Source of the DNA: a virus
Direction: 5' to 3' (one strand)
Virus record (IMG/VR): IMGVR_UViG_3300033996_001333
Location: 3,389-67,388 of that record
Length of the DNA stretch: 64,000 nucleotides
The translations under genes and the position numbers were made by a program. The notes beneath the pieces are model-generated. The model was not told the origin of the DNA and did not search any database. It saw only the letters and a list, made by a program, of their open reading frames with translations. This document shows, one piece after another, positions 17,450 through 26,941 of this stretch; position 1 is the first letter of the stretch, and every line of letters begins with the position of its first letter.

Positions 17450-18960
17450 AAATTTTTGCGCCCCACGCAACCGACTTTTACAAGACAGGACACCCTTCGC
17501 AAAACCCTGAAGGCACCGAAGTAATCTACGCCAACATGACGGCAAGGTCCGACCGTCTGGCGAACATGCCCGCTGACTTCGACCACAAGATCGTCGTGGC
17601 CAACATCCAGGGGACAATGAAATGGATGCTGAGGGATCTTTGGAATGAGACCTTTTTTCAGCAACCCAAGGCCAAGGTGTTGGACAAATACAAGCGGCGA
17701 ATGGACTCCTCGCTCGGAGAAGGTGTTGTCGGCACTGACCACATTGCTGAGCTTCACGACCTGGGTTACATGCCGCTGCATGTGAAGGCACTACCCGAGG
17801 GCAGCCGTGTTAACATCGGAGTGCCGTTTCTGACGGCGCAAAACACACACAATGAGTTTAAGTGGCTGGCCCCGTGGTTAACCAACTATGTCGAAACCGC
17901 CAAGTCGTCTGAGCTGTGGAAGGCCATCAACGTGGCAACCATCGCCTACGAGTTTCGCCGTCTTCTCGACCACTACGCTGAAACCACAGGGAGTAATCCG
18001 CAGTTTGTTGACTTTCAGGGGCACGACTTCTCCGCTCGCGGAGTCGGAGGCATTCACGATGCCGCTGCGCACCAAATCGGCCACCTTTTTTCCTTCAAGG
18101 GCACGGACACAATCCTTTCCATTGATTATTTGGAGGATTACTACGATTGCGGTTCCAATTTCATTGGGGGTAGTATTCCCGCTACGGAACACAGTGTGAC
18201 CTGCCTTGGCGGTCAAAGAAACGAATTAGAGACAATTCGTCGAATTATTACAAAAGTATACCCAACTGGGCCGGTCAGTGTAGTTTTTGACACTTGGAAC
18301 TACTGGGATGCACTGACTGTTATTGCACCCGCACTTAAGGAAGACATCTTAAATCGTCGTCCGAATTCTCAGGGCATCGCTAAGGTCGTATTCCGTCCCG
18401 ACAGTGGTGACCCTGAGAAAATCATCTGCGGTGACGCTGACGCTGAGCCAGGTAGCCGAGAGTACAAAGGTTCGCTTGAGCTTTTATGGGAGGTCTTCGG
18501 AGGAACGGTAAACGAGAAGGGTTTCAAGGTACTGAACCCTCGAGTTGGCTTAATTTACGGCGACTCAATCACTCTTCCACGGGCCAGGGCCATCCTGGAG
18601 CACATGAGGCAGCTTGGGTGGGCGTCCGAAAACATCGTGTTCGGTATCGGTTCCTACACCTATCAATACCATACACGGGACACGTTCGGTATCGCATACA
18701 AAACGACCTGGGGGCAAATTAACGGTGTCGCCGTTGAAACTATGAAGGACCCCATTACGGATCGCGGCACGAAAAAGTCGGCGTTGGGTCTACTGCGAGT
18801 TGAAAAGGATGGGGAGAACTTTGTTCTTCATCAACAGCAGACTCGTGAGCAAGAGCAGCGAGGCGAGCTTCGCACCGTGTTCTTAAACAGCGTGGTTTAC
18901 GGGGAGGATGTAAACTCACTGCCTAACATTCGTACTCGACTTCTCAACCCCGCAGCTTAG
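17446..18960 (+). CDS. nicotinamide phosphoribosyltransferase homolog (Nampt/NadV-like, or Namat-like)
   Basis: 504 aa. N-terminal TDFYKTGH (compare the Nampt TDSYK motif), internal FKGTDT. ATGA overlap with the Prs-like gene. Confidence 0.7.
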   Translation: MKIFAPHATDFYKTGHPSQNPEGTEVIYANMTARSDRLANMPADFDHKIVVANIQGTMKWMLRDLWNETFFQQPKAKVLDKYKRRMDSSLGEGVVGTDHIAELHDLGYMPLHVKALPEGSRVNIGVPFLTAQNTHNEFKWLAPWLTNYVETAKSSELWKAINVATIAYEFRRLLDHYAETTGSNPQFVDFQGHDFSARGVGGIHDAAAHQIGHLFSFKGTDTILSIDYLEDYYDCGSNFIGGSIPATEHSVTCLGGQRNELETIRRIITKVYPTGPVSVVFDTWNYWDALTVIAPALKEDILNRRPNSQGIAKVVFRPDSGDPEKIICGDADAEPGSREYKGSLELLWEVFGGTVNEKGFKVLNPRVGLIYGDSITLPRARAILEHMRQLGWASENIVFGIGSYTYQYHTRDTFGIAYKTTWGQINGVAVETMKDPITDRGTKKSALGLLRVEKDGENFVLHQQQTREQEQRGELRTVFLNSVVYGEDVNSLPNIRTRLLNPAA

Positions 18961-19059
18961 GCTTGGTACAAGGGGGTTTACACCCCCTGTTCCGGGGTAT
19001 AATTCTGAAAGAACTGACGTTCCCTCGTGCGATGGGGAAACACTTAAATCACCAAGGTC

Positions 19060-19650
19060 ATGGACTACAAGACAATCGCATACAAGAAAACCATTCTGGT
19101 TTTAAATGCCACGTACGAACCCTTGAACCAGACCTCGTGGCGAAGGGCTAGAGTGCTTGTATTGAAGGACAAGGCCCATGTCGTGTCCAGCCGCACCATT
19201 CGCCTAAAGACATACGTTAAGGTTCCCCAAGCCAAGATGGCAGCGGCGAAGCCCTCTCGCACCTTGATTCTAAAACGGGACAATCACACCTGCCAGTATT
19301 GCGAGTACTCCGGTCCTAAACTAACACTGGATCACGTTTTACCAAAGTCAAGAGGTGGCCAAGACACGTGGCAAAACCTTGTCACCAGCTGCCTTGAGTG
19401 CAACAATTGCAAGGACAATCGCACCCCGGAAGAGTGGGCGGTTGCCCTGAAGAAGGTGTTTTCGAAGGAAACCACGAATGTTTCTTCACTGCCTTTTAGC
19501 TGGGATAGCTTTCAGATTGGGATGATGGAAACCCGCGTCACTCGACGTGGCACCACTCTCGCCTCAAAACCGAAGGCACCTTACAGCAAAATGTCCGTTA
19601 CAATCAGCACGGCGGAAGTTGAAGAGTGGCGTGAGTACGTCTATGTCTGA
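19060..19650 (+). CDS. HNH endonuclease
   Basis: CQYCEY...LTLDHVLPKSRGG...WQNLVTSCLECNNCK is an HNH motif. Confidence 0.75.
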   Translation: MDYKTIAYKKTILVLNATYEPLNQTSWRRARVLVLKDKAHVVSSRTIRLKTYVKVPQAKMAAAKPSRTLILKRDNHTCQYCEYSGPKLTLDHVLPKSRGGQDTWQNLVTSCLECNNCKDNRTPEEWAVALKKVFSKETTNVSSLPFSWDSFQIGMMETRVTRRGTTLASKPKAPYSKMSVTISTAEVEEWREYVYV

Positions 19651-20020
19651 CTCTGGGCAGTGTATACGACACTCCCATGAGGACCTAAAGGGGACATCCT
19701 GGTGCGGGAGAACCCTTTGTAGCTCCGACTGGGTGTTTCAGAGTTTAGACCATGCTGCGTGCGCTCAAATGGGCGAGAGTTGCCAAGTTCCTTGCAAAAG
19801 GTGCCTAGAGACGGCTACGGAAGCATTGAGGGGGAGCTATACGCTACCCGCCCAGCAAAACAGCAACCCTGAGCAAACCACCCCGGACGACTCCATTCAT
19901 GGGCATAAGATACTTGGAGAACTACAGAGAATTGTAGACCTTATTGGGGAAGGGCAGGTTAGACTGGATTCCACAACACAAGATATCACCTATAGTAATC
20001 TTTGGGACCTTTACGACTGA
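19643..20020 (+). CDS. hypothetical protein
   Basis: Internal ATG of track ORF 19547 overlapping the HNH stop. Confidence 0.4.
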   Translation: MSDSGQCIRHSHEDLKGTSWCGRTLCSSDWVFQSLDHAACAQMGESCQVPCKRCLETATEALRGSYTLPAQQNSNPEQTTPDDSIHGHKILGELQRIVDLIGEGQVRLDSTTQDITYSNLWDLYD

Positions 20021-20027
20021 GTTCACC

Positions 20028-20306
20028 ATGTTAAATAAACGCCTACAAGAAATCCTAAGCCAGCACCCTGACGACTTCGAAGTTATCCTGGCTACTCGCA
20101 GAAAACACGGCTATTGCTTTGAGAACGAGTTTACTATAGACAACATGGAAGTAAATCATTGTAGCTATACCACAAAGTGGCAGAGTAACATCGATCACTA
20201 TTCCTTCGTATACACTATATGTCAGTATCGAGACGAAGTTGACGGTGAACTTGTTGACCTTGAAATTCCCATGGTAACAAAGAGAGTCATAGTTTTAGAG
20301 GCTTAG
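20028..20306 (+). CDS. hypothetical protein
   Basis: Internal ATG (MLNKRLQEIL) of track ORF 19944. Confidence 0.45.
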   Translation: MLNKRLQEILSQHPDDFEVILATRRKHGYCFENEFTIDNMEVNHCSYTTKWQSNIDHYSFVYTICQYRDEVDGELVDLEIPMVTKRVIVLEA

Positions 20307-20309
20307 TCT

Positions 20310-20492
20310 GTGCGAAAGGTTAAAGGAATAGTAAAGGGAGCGAAGTTGCTGGCTGAACTCACCCTGTACTTTGCCGTGGCGTGCGGATCAGCTTATGGTG
20401 CCTTGAGACAGGGTTGGCCACCCGAGATTCTGGCGGTGTCAGTAATTGCCGGCGGGTGGACTTACTTATTCTTGGACTCAGATGGCTACTAG
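20310..20492 (+). CDS. small membrane protein
   Basis: GTG start, two hydrophobic segments, 60 aa. Confidence 0.35.
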   Translation: MRKVKGIVKGAKLLAELTLYFAVACGSAYGALRQGWPPEILAVSVIAGGWTYLFLDSDGY

Positions 20493-20504
20493 CCCACATA
20501 CTCG

Positions 20505-20565
20505 ATTAACCGTTTGCTTTAGGGCGGTTCTCCGCCTTGTTTATGCTCCGAAAAAGCGGTAAAAT
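20505..20565 (+). promoter_or_regulatory. intergenic element copy 7 (double motif)
   Basis: GATTAACCGTTTGCTTTAGGGCGGTTCTCCGCCTTGTTTATGCTCCGAAAAAGCGGTAAAAT. Confidence 0.5.
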
Positions 20566-20592
20566 AACCAAGTAGCCAAGACCCATACAAAA

Positions 20593-21072
20593 ATGACACC
20601 TTCCCCTCTGTATAAATCCAGTGGTAGCTACTTTATTGACTTTCCACCCCTACCTGGAGAGGAGGAGGGATGCAATCACGTAGAAATATACGAGTACGAC
20701 CACTGTGAGTGGTTCTGGTTGAACGAGGAAGAACACTCGGGTCCTTGGGGTAGCCTCAAAGAAGCTGAAGGGTCAGCACGTGGAATTTACGCAAGCAAGT
20801 GTTTGGAGAGAGTTCGCAACGATCTAAAAGACGCTTTTGAGCCCTTTAATGGCGAATGCTTAGATGCGTCTAACGTGGAAACCCTCAAGGACTCTCTACG
20901 AGACGTGATTGTAAAGTACATCCCACTACCGTCTGTGCCAGTACTAAACTGGAAAGTTTTTTGCGACGATTCAAACAACTCTCCGCAAGATATCGGCAAT
21001 GGCGTGATAAACGTTACAATCATCTGCTCAACCTCAAGAACCAGTAAACACGAGACCCCAAATGACCAGTAA
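20593..21072 (+). CDS. hypothetical protein
   Basis: 159 aa ORF. Confidence 0.5.
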   Translation: MTPSPLYKSSGSYFIDFPPLPGEEEGCNHVEIYEYDHCEWFWLNEEEHSGPWGSLKEAEGSARGIYASKCLERVRNDLKDAFEPFNGECLDASNVETLKDSLRDVIVKYIPLPSVPVLNWKVFCDDSNNSPQDIGNGVINVTIICSTSRTSKHETPNDQ

Positions 21073-21183
21073 CAACGGAAATCAATCACCGTACACTCCA
21101 CGAAAACCAGTTTTACCGACACCGCCAGTAGTGCGGTCAAATAAGTCTAGCCCTTACGACGCAAGCGGGAGACCTAAAGCAGA

Positions 21184-21447
21184 ATGACACCAAATTCTCT
21201 TCAACTCACAATAAAAACATTTAACTACTGGAAGAATTGGATTTCGGTACCACAGGAAACTACCCTTTGGGCCCTCAATTGTGACACTGAAGGTCTTTTC
21301 TGGCACGACGGCCACCACGCAACTTTCTGGTACCTGCTGAGTGTTTCGTGGTATGCCATGAACGATAAGCTTTACGCTTACACCGGCTGCAAAGAACCTT
21401 TTGACGGGTTGCTTCAGGACTTTGATCTTGACGAATACTACTCCTGA
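21184..21447 (+). CDS. hypothetical protein
   Basis: 87 aa ORF. Confidence 0.45.
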   Translation: MTPNSLQLTIKTFNYWKNWISVPQETTLWALNCDTEGLFWHDGHHATFWYLLSVSWYAMNDKLYAYTGCKEPFDGLLQDFDLDEYYS

Positions 21448-21454
21448 CTTCACC

Positions 21455-21781
21455 ATGAACTTTCGAACCGCATGGCTTCGCTTTTACTACTCGGTAAAAG
21501 ACTCTTTCGATGTGTTGGAGTGTCCTGACGACTACGATCACAGTGAGTCAGCCTTACCTCCACATGTTGACTGCCGGTTTATCCACGTCAACTCGAGATC
21601 AGGTGCGCTAGGGAACTTTCGGTGGGTAAACTCAAACCCTTCCTCAGAGGGCTGTGTCAATACCTGGGGACGAATCATCTGGGCTGGACGATGGTCCCTG
21701 TTTGTTGTACCAGGTCGAATTCCCCGGTCCACGAGAAGCAAAAGACTCGAAGAGCTTCGGGCTCCGCGTTGGGGCGGTTAA
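21455..21781 (+). CDS. hypothetical protein
   Basis: Internal ATG (MNFRTAW). The 3' end runs into the intergenic element and contains the 24-mer shared with 3838-3862. Confidence 0.4.
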   Translation: MNFRTAWLRFYYSVKDSFDVLECPDDYDHSESALPPHVDCRFIHVNSRSGALGNFRWVNSNPSSEGCVNTWGRIIWAGRWSLFVVPGRIPRSTRSKRLEELRAPRWGG

Positions 21782-21839
21782 CCGTTTGCTCCGGGGCGGT
21801 TTCCCCGCCTTGCCTTTCCGAGAGGAAAGCGGTATACTT
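21772..21839 (+). promoter_or_regulatory. intergenic element copy 8 (double motif)
   Basis: GGCGGTTAACCGTTTGCTCCGGGGCGGTTTCCCCGCCTTGCCTTTCCGAGAGGAAAGCGGTATACT. Confidence 0.6.
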
Positions 21840-21866
21840 AACTTGTGACCCCCAAAGACTCTTCAA

Positions 21867-22025
21867 ATGGCACAGAAACTTTTCAAAGTTGAGCGGTACG
21901 AATTTGACTTTGTGCTGGTCGAAGACGCAAAACAGGCCAGAGACTTTGAGATCGGGGACAGCGACCCGACAAAGACTGTGACTGAGATCACAGAGATGTC
22001 TCCCGAACAAGAGGGGTTTAAATAG
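21867..22025 (+). CDS. small hypothetical protein (52 aa)
   Basis: MAQKLFKVERYEFDF... directly downstream of element copy 8. Confidence 0.35.
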   Translation: MAQKLFKVERYEFDFVLVEDAKQARDFEIGDSDPTKTVTEITEMSPEQEGFK

Positions 22026-22240
22026 AACCCGTGCGATGCTAGATCCCGCACTTGGGCTGACGAAACCTGCGGCGAATGGCTCAAGCGTACCGAAAGGGAC
22101 CGTCTTCGTGAGAAAGAAGCAGAGCAACTTGTAGGACTTGCCTTGTCTAAGCTTTCCTCAGTGGAGAAAGCCGCAGTTTTGGAATGGGCGTCGAAACAAC
22201 CTAAGGTCTGACCTTTGCTCTGGTAACCTACTACAAGAAA

Positions 22241-22483
22241 ATGCCCAACCCAACTAGCGAAATCTTCGACAAGATCCTAAGTTTCGACCCCCTTGATGCC
22301 GCCGAACGTTTAACCGGATATTTCTACAAAGAGAGCTCAGGAACAGTGTCCCTCGGAATGGCAATGGCTCAGGAACACAATCGTCTAAAGTCCCGAGCTC
22401 TGTCTGATGCCAACGACCGATTGAAGTGCAGAAGGCGATCCAAGGGCGGTTACCTTAAACCCACACAAAATTGTTCAACATAG
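22241..22483 (+). CDS. hypothetical protein
   Basis: 80 aa ORF. Confidence 0.4.
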   Translation: MPNPTSEIFDKILSFDPLDAAERLTGYFYKESSGTVSLGMAMAQEHNRLKSRALSDANDRLKCRRRSKGGYLKPTQNCST

Positions 22484-22526
22484 CTAGAGAAACCTTCAAC
22501 GAGACTCCAAGGTACACAGCCACCGA

Positions 22527-22931
22527 ATGAAACTCCTAACCCACCAGAGAAGCCACGACTCGAACCCACTAAGAGACGACTTTCTCTTCGACGACGGAAA
22601 CTTTTACCGCAGAGTAAGTCCGAGAGAGATACCACCAGAATGGCTCGAGTCCACAGGCTATGATATCCACGGGTATTACCCTATAGCCAACCCAAACAAA
22701 GTCAAAGATCTAGAAACAGCGTACCAACAGTGGTCATCACCCACTAATCCAGAGAGACAAACTTGCAAGCCTATGGCAACCCCTACGATAGACCCTCAGC
22801 AGATTCAGCAACTTATTGAGGCAATTCAACAGCTTTCCGCAAAGCTCGACGCCCTTTCAGTCGTTGACCACACCGTGGACAAGATAACGGATAGCATTCT
22901 CACGTACAGTCTGCTTTTCCCGAAGATTTGA
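22527..22931 (+). CDS. hypothetical protein
   Basis: 134 aa ORF. Confidence 0.45.
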   Translation: MKLLTHQRSHDSNPLRDDFLFDDGNFYRRVSPREIPPEWLESTGYDIHGYYPIANPNKVKDLETAYQQWSSPTNPERQTCKPMATPTIDPQQIQQLIEAIQQLSAKLDALSVVDHTVDKITDSILTYSLLFPKI

Positions 22932-22946
22932 CACTATGGGCCGCCA

Positions 22947-22993
22947 AGGGCGGTTACCCCCCCTTGTTTCTGCGCCGCAGAAACGCTATAGTA
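22947..22993 (+). promoter_or_regulatory. intergenic element copy 9 (canonical)
   Basis: GGGCGGTTACCCCCCCTTGTTTCTGCGCCGCAGAAACGCTATAGT. Confidence 0.6.
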
Positions 22994-23015
22994 GTTAGGT
23001 TGGAACCGAAGCACC

Positions 23016-23333
23016 ATGGAAAACCCCCCTGAGTATATCACGATTAAACAGACCTGCTTTCTGGACCACGAAACCACCTTCAGTGGGAAGTTTAGCGACA
23101 TAAAGAAAGCTCTTGACAAGCTCGAAAGAGATGGTTGGGAGGGTATTGAGCTTACTAGTGGGAAGTACGAGGGGTCTGATGTGTTCAATCTCTATAGGCA
23201 CCGCCTAGAAACAGACGAAGAGCGGGACAAAAGGGTGAAGGCTCTTGGTCAAAAGGCGAAAAAAGAAGCTATTGCAAAGGAAGTGCGGCGGCAAAGGTAC
23301 GAAACGTTAAGGAAGGAATTTGAAAAAGATTAG
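23016..23333 (+). CDS. hypothetical protein
   Basis: 105 aa with Lys/Glu-rich C-terminus. Confidence 0.45.
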   Translation: MENPPEYITIKQTCFLDHETTFSGKFSDIKKALDKLERDGWEGIELTSGKYEGSDVFNLYRHRLETDEERDKRVKALGQKAKKEAIAKEVRRQRYETLRKEFEKD

Positions 23334-23385
23334 TTGCCCCGCACCCCTTAACCCCTACCTAAGACACTCGACTATCTAATCTCGC

Positions 23386-23592
23386 ATGGACCCGAATCGC
23401 AACTCACTCGAAACCCTTCTCAAATTGCCAACTCACCGGCTGTTAACCTATTATCGTGCAAACTTTTCCAGCTTCGCCTACGACGAAGACGAAGAGGGTT
23501 CCGCAACTAAGCATTTTGAGCACCGAAAAGCCGCAATCAAGGAAGAGCTGGCACGTCGAGAGCATGTTTCTAGGGCTAAGACCCGCAACTGA
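23386..23592 (+). CDS. hypothetical protein
   Basis: 68 aa ORF. Confidence 0.4.
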   Translation: MDPNRNSLETLLKLPTHRLLTYYRANFSSFAYDEDEEGSATKHFEHRKAAIKEELARREHVSRAKTRN

Positions 23593-23633
23593 CCTGTTAC
23601 CCCTAAACTTCACATTCATCCCACTAGTGTAAA

Positions 23634-23867
23634 ATGGCAAGAATCACCGAAGAACAAGGTTTAAGCTTAGCTCAAGATGTTTGGATTGTTGACTTGCATG
23701 AGTCTGAGCGAGAATGGGGAAGCGAGTCCTGGTCCGAATTCTTCACGACTTTTGTGGAGGCCAACGAGCGGTATACTACAGTGAACGCCGTAAACCCTGC
23801 GGATCATGTTCCCGACTACTACATCGTTGCATCGAAGCCTCGCAAGGCCATCCCGCGTCTTACTTGA
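23634..23867 (+). CDS. hypothetical protein
   Basis: 77 aa ORF. Confidence 0.45.
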   Translation: MARITEEQGLSLAQDVWIVDLHESEREWGSESWSEFFTTFVEANERYTTVNAVNPADHVPDYYIVASKPRKAIPRLT

Positions 23868-23876
23868 CTACCTTGA

Positions 23877-23946
23877 GGGGCGGTTAACCCCCTTGCCCTA
23901 GGGCGGTTTACACCCTTGTTTCTGCTCTGCAGAAACGGTATAATTG
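23877..23946 (+). promoter_or_regulatory. intergenic element copy 10 (double motif)
   Basis: GGGGCGGTTAACCCCCTTGCCCTAGGGCGGTTTACACCCTTGTTTCTGCTCTGCAGAAACGGTATAAT. Confidence 0.6.
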
Positions 23947-23950
23947 GTTC

Positions 23951-24601
23951 GTGACCAAAGCACCCCAACCCATGAAGTCTCCCCCTGAATCAGTTACAGG
24001 AAAACTTTTGCTGAAGCCAGGGGACAGTGTGTTTGTTCCTGGAAAAATACTTAAAAATTCACCCGACGGTCGAACCTGGGGCACTGAAGTTCCTTACCTT
24101 CACTTTCGGAAGAGTCCAGTAAAAGACGGTCTCTACGTTGTGTCCGACATCTGGATGCACCCGAAAGCAACAGACCCGAACGTTCCATCCTCGTACTGCT
24201 ACACTCTGGTAAGAGTCCGTGAGGATCGAACCTGGACAAATGAACGGCGTAATCACAGAACACTAAGAAGCTGCTTCTCCCCGGAAGACATGTCAGAGAC
24301 AAAACTCCCGTACAACTGCCTCGACTGGGACCAGCTCCTTCGAGACCAAGTAGTTACGTCCTACGCGTACACCCCTGGTGAAAAGTTCGACATGGACGAG
24401 TTTAGAAAAGATCTGGGCCAAGTTCTTTACAAGCACAAGGTTACTCTGTCAGTAGACACGAAGTTCTCCGACGACTGGGACGAGCACGGCACAAACCACC
24501 TTGTTGTCCTCGCTAACGGGGAAATAAGGGGTGACCTTGGGTCTGACTTTCCAAAGCGGAGATCAGCGCCAGCCTGGGACAGTGGGAAACGAAATCGCTA
24601 G
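23951..24601 (+). CDS. hypothetical protein
   Basis: 216 aa ORF upstream of the RNA ligase. Confidence 0.5.
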   Translation: MTKAPQPMKSPPESVTGKLLLKPGDSVFVPGKILKNSPDGRTWGTEVPYLHFRKSPVKDGLYVVSDIWMHPKATDPNVPSSYCYTLVRVREDRTWTNERRNHRTLRSCFSPEDMSETKLPYNCLDWDQLLRDQVVTSYAYTPGEKFDMDEFRKDLGQVLYKHKVTLSVDTKFSDDWDEHGTNHLVVLANGEIRGDLGSDFPKRRSAPAWDSGKRNR

Positions 24602-24656
24602 TCCCAACCTTGCCCAGATAAACAAAACTCAACGGTCCCACCCACCTAAAGCTGTC

Positions 24657-25769
24657 ATGGAACCTTTAAACCTGCGCCACTTTCTAATCGACTGGTTAAA
24701 CTACCGGGTCGAGACTGCTTTTGAAGCACTTGCCGAGCACGACATTCGTGTTGCTCGCGACGAACGTTACCCTGCTCTTTTTAACTTGAAGTATGGCAGT
24801 GTAATGGCGGACAAGTCACTACCGATTGTTCGTGCCTGCCGTGGTGCCGTAGTCGAACTTGTTGACGATGGCACGGGCTCCCCGTACTTTCGGCTGGTTG
24901 CGTACGCCTTCGACCGCTTTTTCAACGTTGGCGAGGGGTATGCCGCTGAGATTGATTGGTCCACTGCCCGTGTAGCTGAGAAGTATGACGGGTCTCTGAT
25001 CAAGTTGTTCAACTATAAAGGAGAGTGGTTGGTATCAACATCGGGTTCAGTCGCTGGTTCTTCGGAAGTCGGGACCACGGGTCGCTCCTTCTCCGAGTTG
25101 TTTTGGCACGTTTTTAACGAAGTTGGATATGACCGGGCTGACCTCGACCCTTATTTTGTCTACGTCTACGAGTTGTGCCACAAAGACAACAAAATTGTTG
25201 TAGACTACGAGACTCCCTTACTACCTCTTCTGGCTGTTCGAAGCCGCTTTGACGATCTAAACGAAGTGGATCTCAAGCATTTTGAAAACCGCTTCAACAT
25301 CGCTCAGACCTACGACCTGCGCTCACATGAAGCTGTAACGCAGTTTGTAAACGACTCCTCTCGTGGTACCGCTGAAGGCGTAATTATTGTCGACGGAAAC
25401 GGAAACCGCCAGAAAGACAAGTCCAACGTCTATTGTCAGTTGCACAGGGTTAAAGGAAACGGCGAACCGGATTTCTCCGAGCTTTTCCTGAACGACGACT
25501 TGGAAGAGTTTCTGCTTCACTTTCCCGAGTATCGTGGGGGTTTTGACGTTCACCTGCGTTCCATCGAAGTGATGGAGAGTGCGGTGAGCGAGAACATGAG
25601 GGCTCACAACCATCTTAACCAGAAGGATTTCGCTCAAGCCGTACTTGCCGAGTCAAAAGAACTTTCTGGAGCATGCTTTGCGATTCGATCCGGCAAAGTC
25701 GGATCCTTTGCAGAGTGGCTCGAAGGTTTAACCCCGAAAAAGCTCGACGTTTTGCTCGGAATTTCCTGA
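24657..25769 (+). CDS. RNA ligase, T4 Rnl1-like
   Basis: AEKYDGSLIKLF is nucleotidyltransferase motif I (KxDG), like T4 Rnl1 KEDGSL. 370 aa taken from the internal ATG (MEPLNL). Confidence 0.65.
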   Translation: MEPLNLRHFLIDWLNYRVETAFEALAEHDIRVARDERYPALFNLKYGSVMADKSLPIVRACRGAVVELVDDGTGSPYFRLVAYAFDRFFNVGEGYAAEIDWSTARVAEKYDGSLIKLFNYKGEWLVSTSGSVAGSSEVGTTGRSFSELFWHVFNEVGYDRADLDPYFVYVYELCHKDNKIVVDYETPLLPLLAVRSRFDDLNEVDLKHFENRFNIAQTYDLRSHEAVTQFVNDSSRGTAEGVIIVDGNGNRQKDKSNVYCQLHRVKGNGEPDFSELFLNDDLEEFLLHFPEYRGGFDVHLRSIEVMESAVSENMRAHNHLNQKDFAQAVLAESKELSGACFAIRSGKVGSFAEWLEGLTPKKLDVLLGIS

Positions 25770-25805
25770 CTAGTCCCTTTCTCCTTGCGCACCTACCCGA
25801 GACAA

Positions 25806-26039
25806 ATGTACAAAGTCACATTCACAAACGCCCACCTCGAAAACAGCACCATCGAGTGCGATTATCTCATAGAACTAAGCGGTATTCCGGCAAAGGGAAG
25901 CACGTTGACACTAGAGCAAGTAACCTACCGTGTAGGCGATGCCCACTGGGTTATTAACTATGATGACAGCCCCATGAATAGAGGGAGGCACGCCGACGTT
26001 TCCGTACAGATTGAGTTGTTTCCCGTTCCCTTCAACTAA
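25806..26039 (+). CDS. hypothetical protein
   Basis: Internal ATG (MYKVTF) of track ORF 25785. Confidence 0.4.
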   Translation: MYKVTFTNAHLENSTIECDYLIELSGIPAKGSTLTLEQVTYRVGDAHWVINYDDSPMNRGRHADVSVQIELFPVPFN

Positions 26040-26050
26040 CCTGAGCCAAA

Positions 26051-26533
26051 ATGGCAAAGTCCCCTCACTACATCAACTCCAAAGGTGAAGAAATCGACTT
26101 CACAGTTCAAGTAGCCACTCGTCCGAATCTCCGAGACGGAATTTCGTATATGTTCCAATACCGTGGAAAGTCCATTCTTGAGCAGATGTTTGACAAGTGC
26201 GAAGTTGACTCTTCCGTAGAAGAATTTGACCTTGAGTACCCCGAACGATGGGCGAACTTGCTGGAGCTGAGGGCCATTCCTGATCGAATGCTGGTGTGCT
26301 TCCCCAACCTTAGAAAGGTATTCGTTCAAACCCACTCTGTTTACCTTATTCAGAGCGTGCATAGTGGCCACGTTTTTGTCGAACAACTAATAGATGCTGA
26401 CGGTAATAAAATAACTTACTACGACGAGGGAAACGCCACAGACTTGACAAAGCGATATTGCCCACCTAATCGAGAGTGTAAGGGACTCATGGTTGTGTCT
26501 CCCACTTCAGCTCAGTACATTCCAGGGGGTTGA
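26051..26533 (+). CDS. hypothetical protein
   Basis: 160 aa ORF. Confidence 0.5.
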   Translation: MAKSPHYINSKGEEIDFTVQVATRPNLRDGISYMFQYRGKSILEQMFDKCEVDSSVEEFDLEYPERWANLLELRAIPDRMLVCFPNLRKVFVQTHSVYLIQSVHSGHVFVEQLIDADGNKITYYDEGNATDLTKRYCPPNRECKGLMVVSPTSAQYIPGG

Positions 26534-26598
26534 GGGGGAAACCGCCCCGGAAAACGGCGGTTTCCACCCTTGTTTTCTTCGGAAAACAACGCTATAAT
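26534..26598 (+). promoter_or_regulatory. intergenic element copy 11 (double motif, first unit inverted)
   Basis: GGGGGAAACCGCCCCGGAAAACGGCGGTTTCCACCCTTGTTTTCTTCGGAAAACAACGCTATAAT. Confidence 0.55.
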
Positions 26599-26644
26599 AG
26601 GTTCGTGCAGGGGCAAACCCTCTCCAAACATTTCTCGATCCAAA

Positions 26645-26941
26645 ATGTCAATGCGAACCATCGTTAAAGGCTACCGGAGTCCCGAAGACCCTGAGCACCA
26701 AAAGCACCTTAAAGTCTTGAGGGTCTGTCGCGAGGTAGGAGTTTCTCTACCAGAAGAAACCTCTGAGTACTTTGGATCCTACGAGCCAGAGTGTATTGAC
26801 CCCGACAGCACCTTGGAGGTTGAAGTACCGTTTGTACCGTTTCGACAAGTTCATCCGATTGAGGGCGTACACGGATACGAGGTTGTAGTGAGCGAAATTC
26901 CAAAGGGGGTGCACAAAATCCGCTTCGAAAACAGCTACTAG
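26645..26941 (+). CDS. hypothetical protein
   Basis: Internal ATG (MSMRTIV) of track ORF 26570. Confidence 0.45.
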   Translation: MSMRTIVKGYRSPEDPEHQKHLKVLRVCREVGVSLPEETSEYFGSYEPECIDPDSTLEVEVPFVPFRQVHPIEGVHGYEVVVSEIPKGVHKIRFENSY

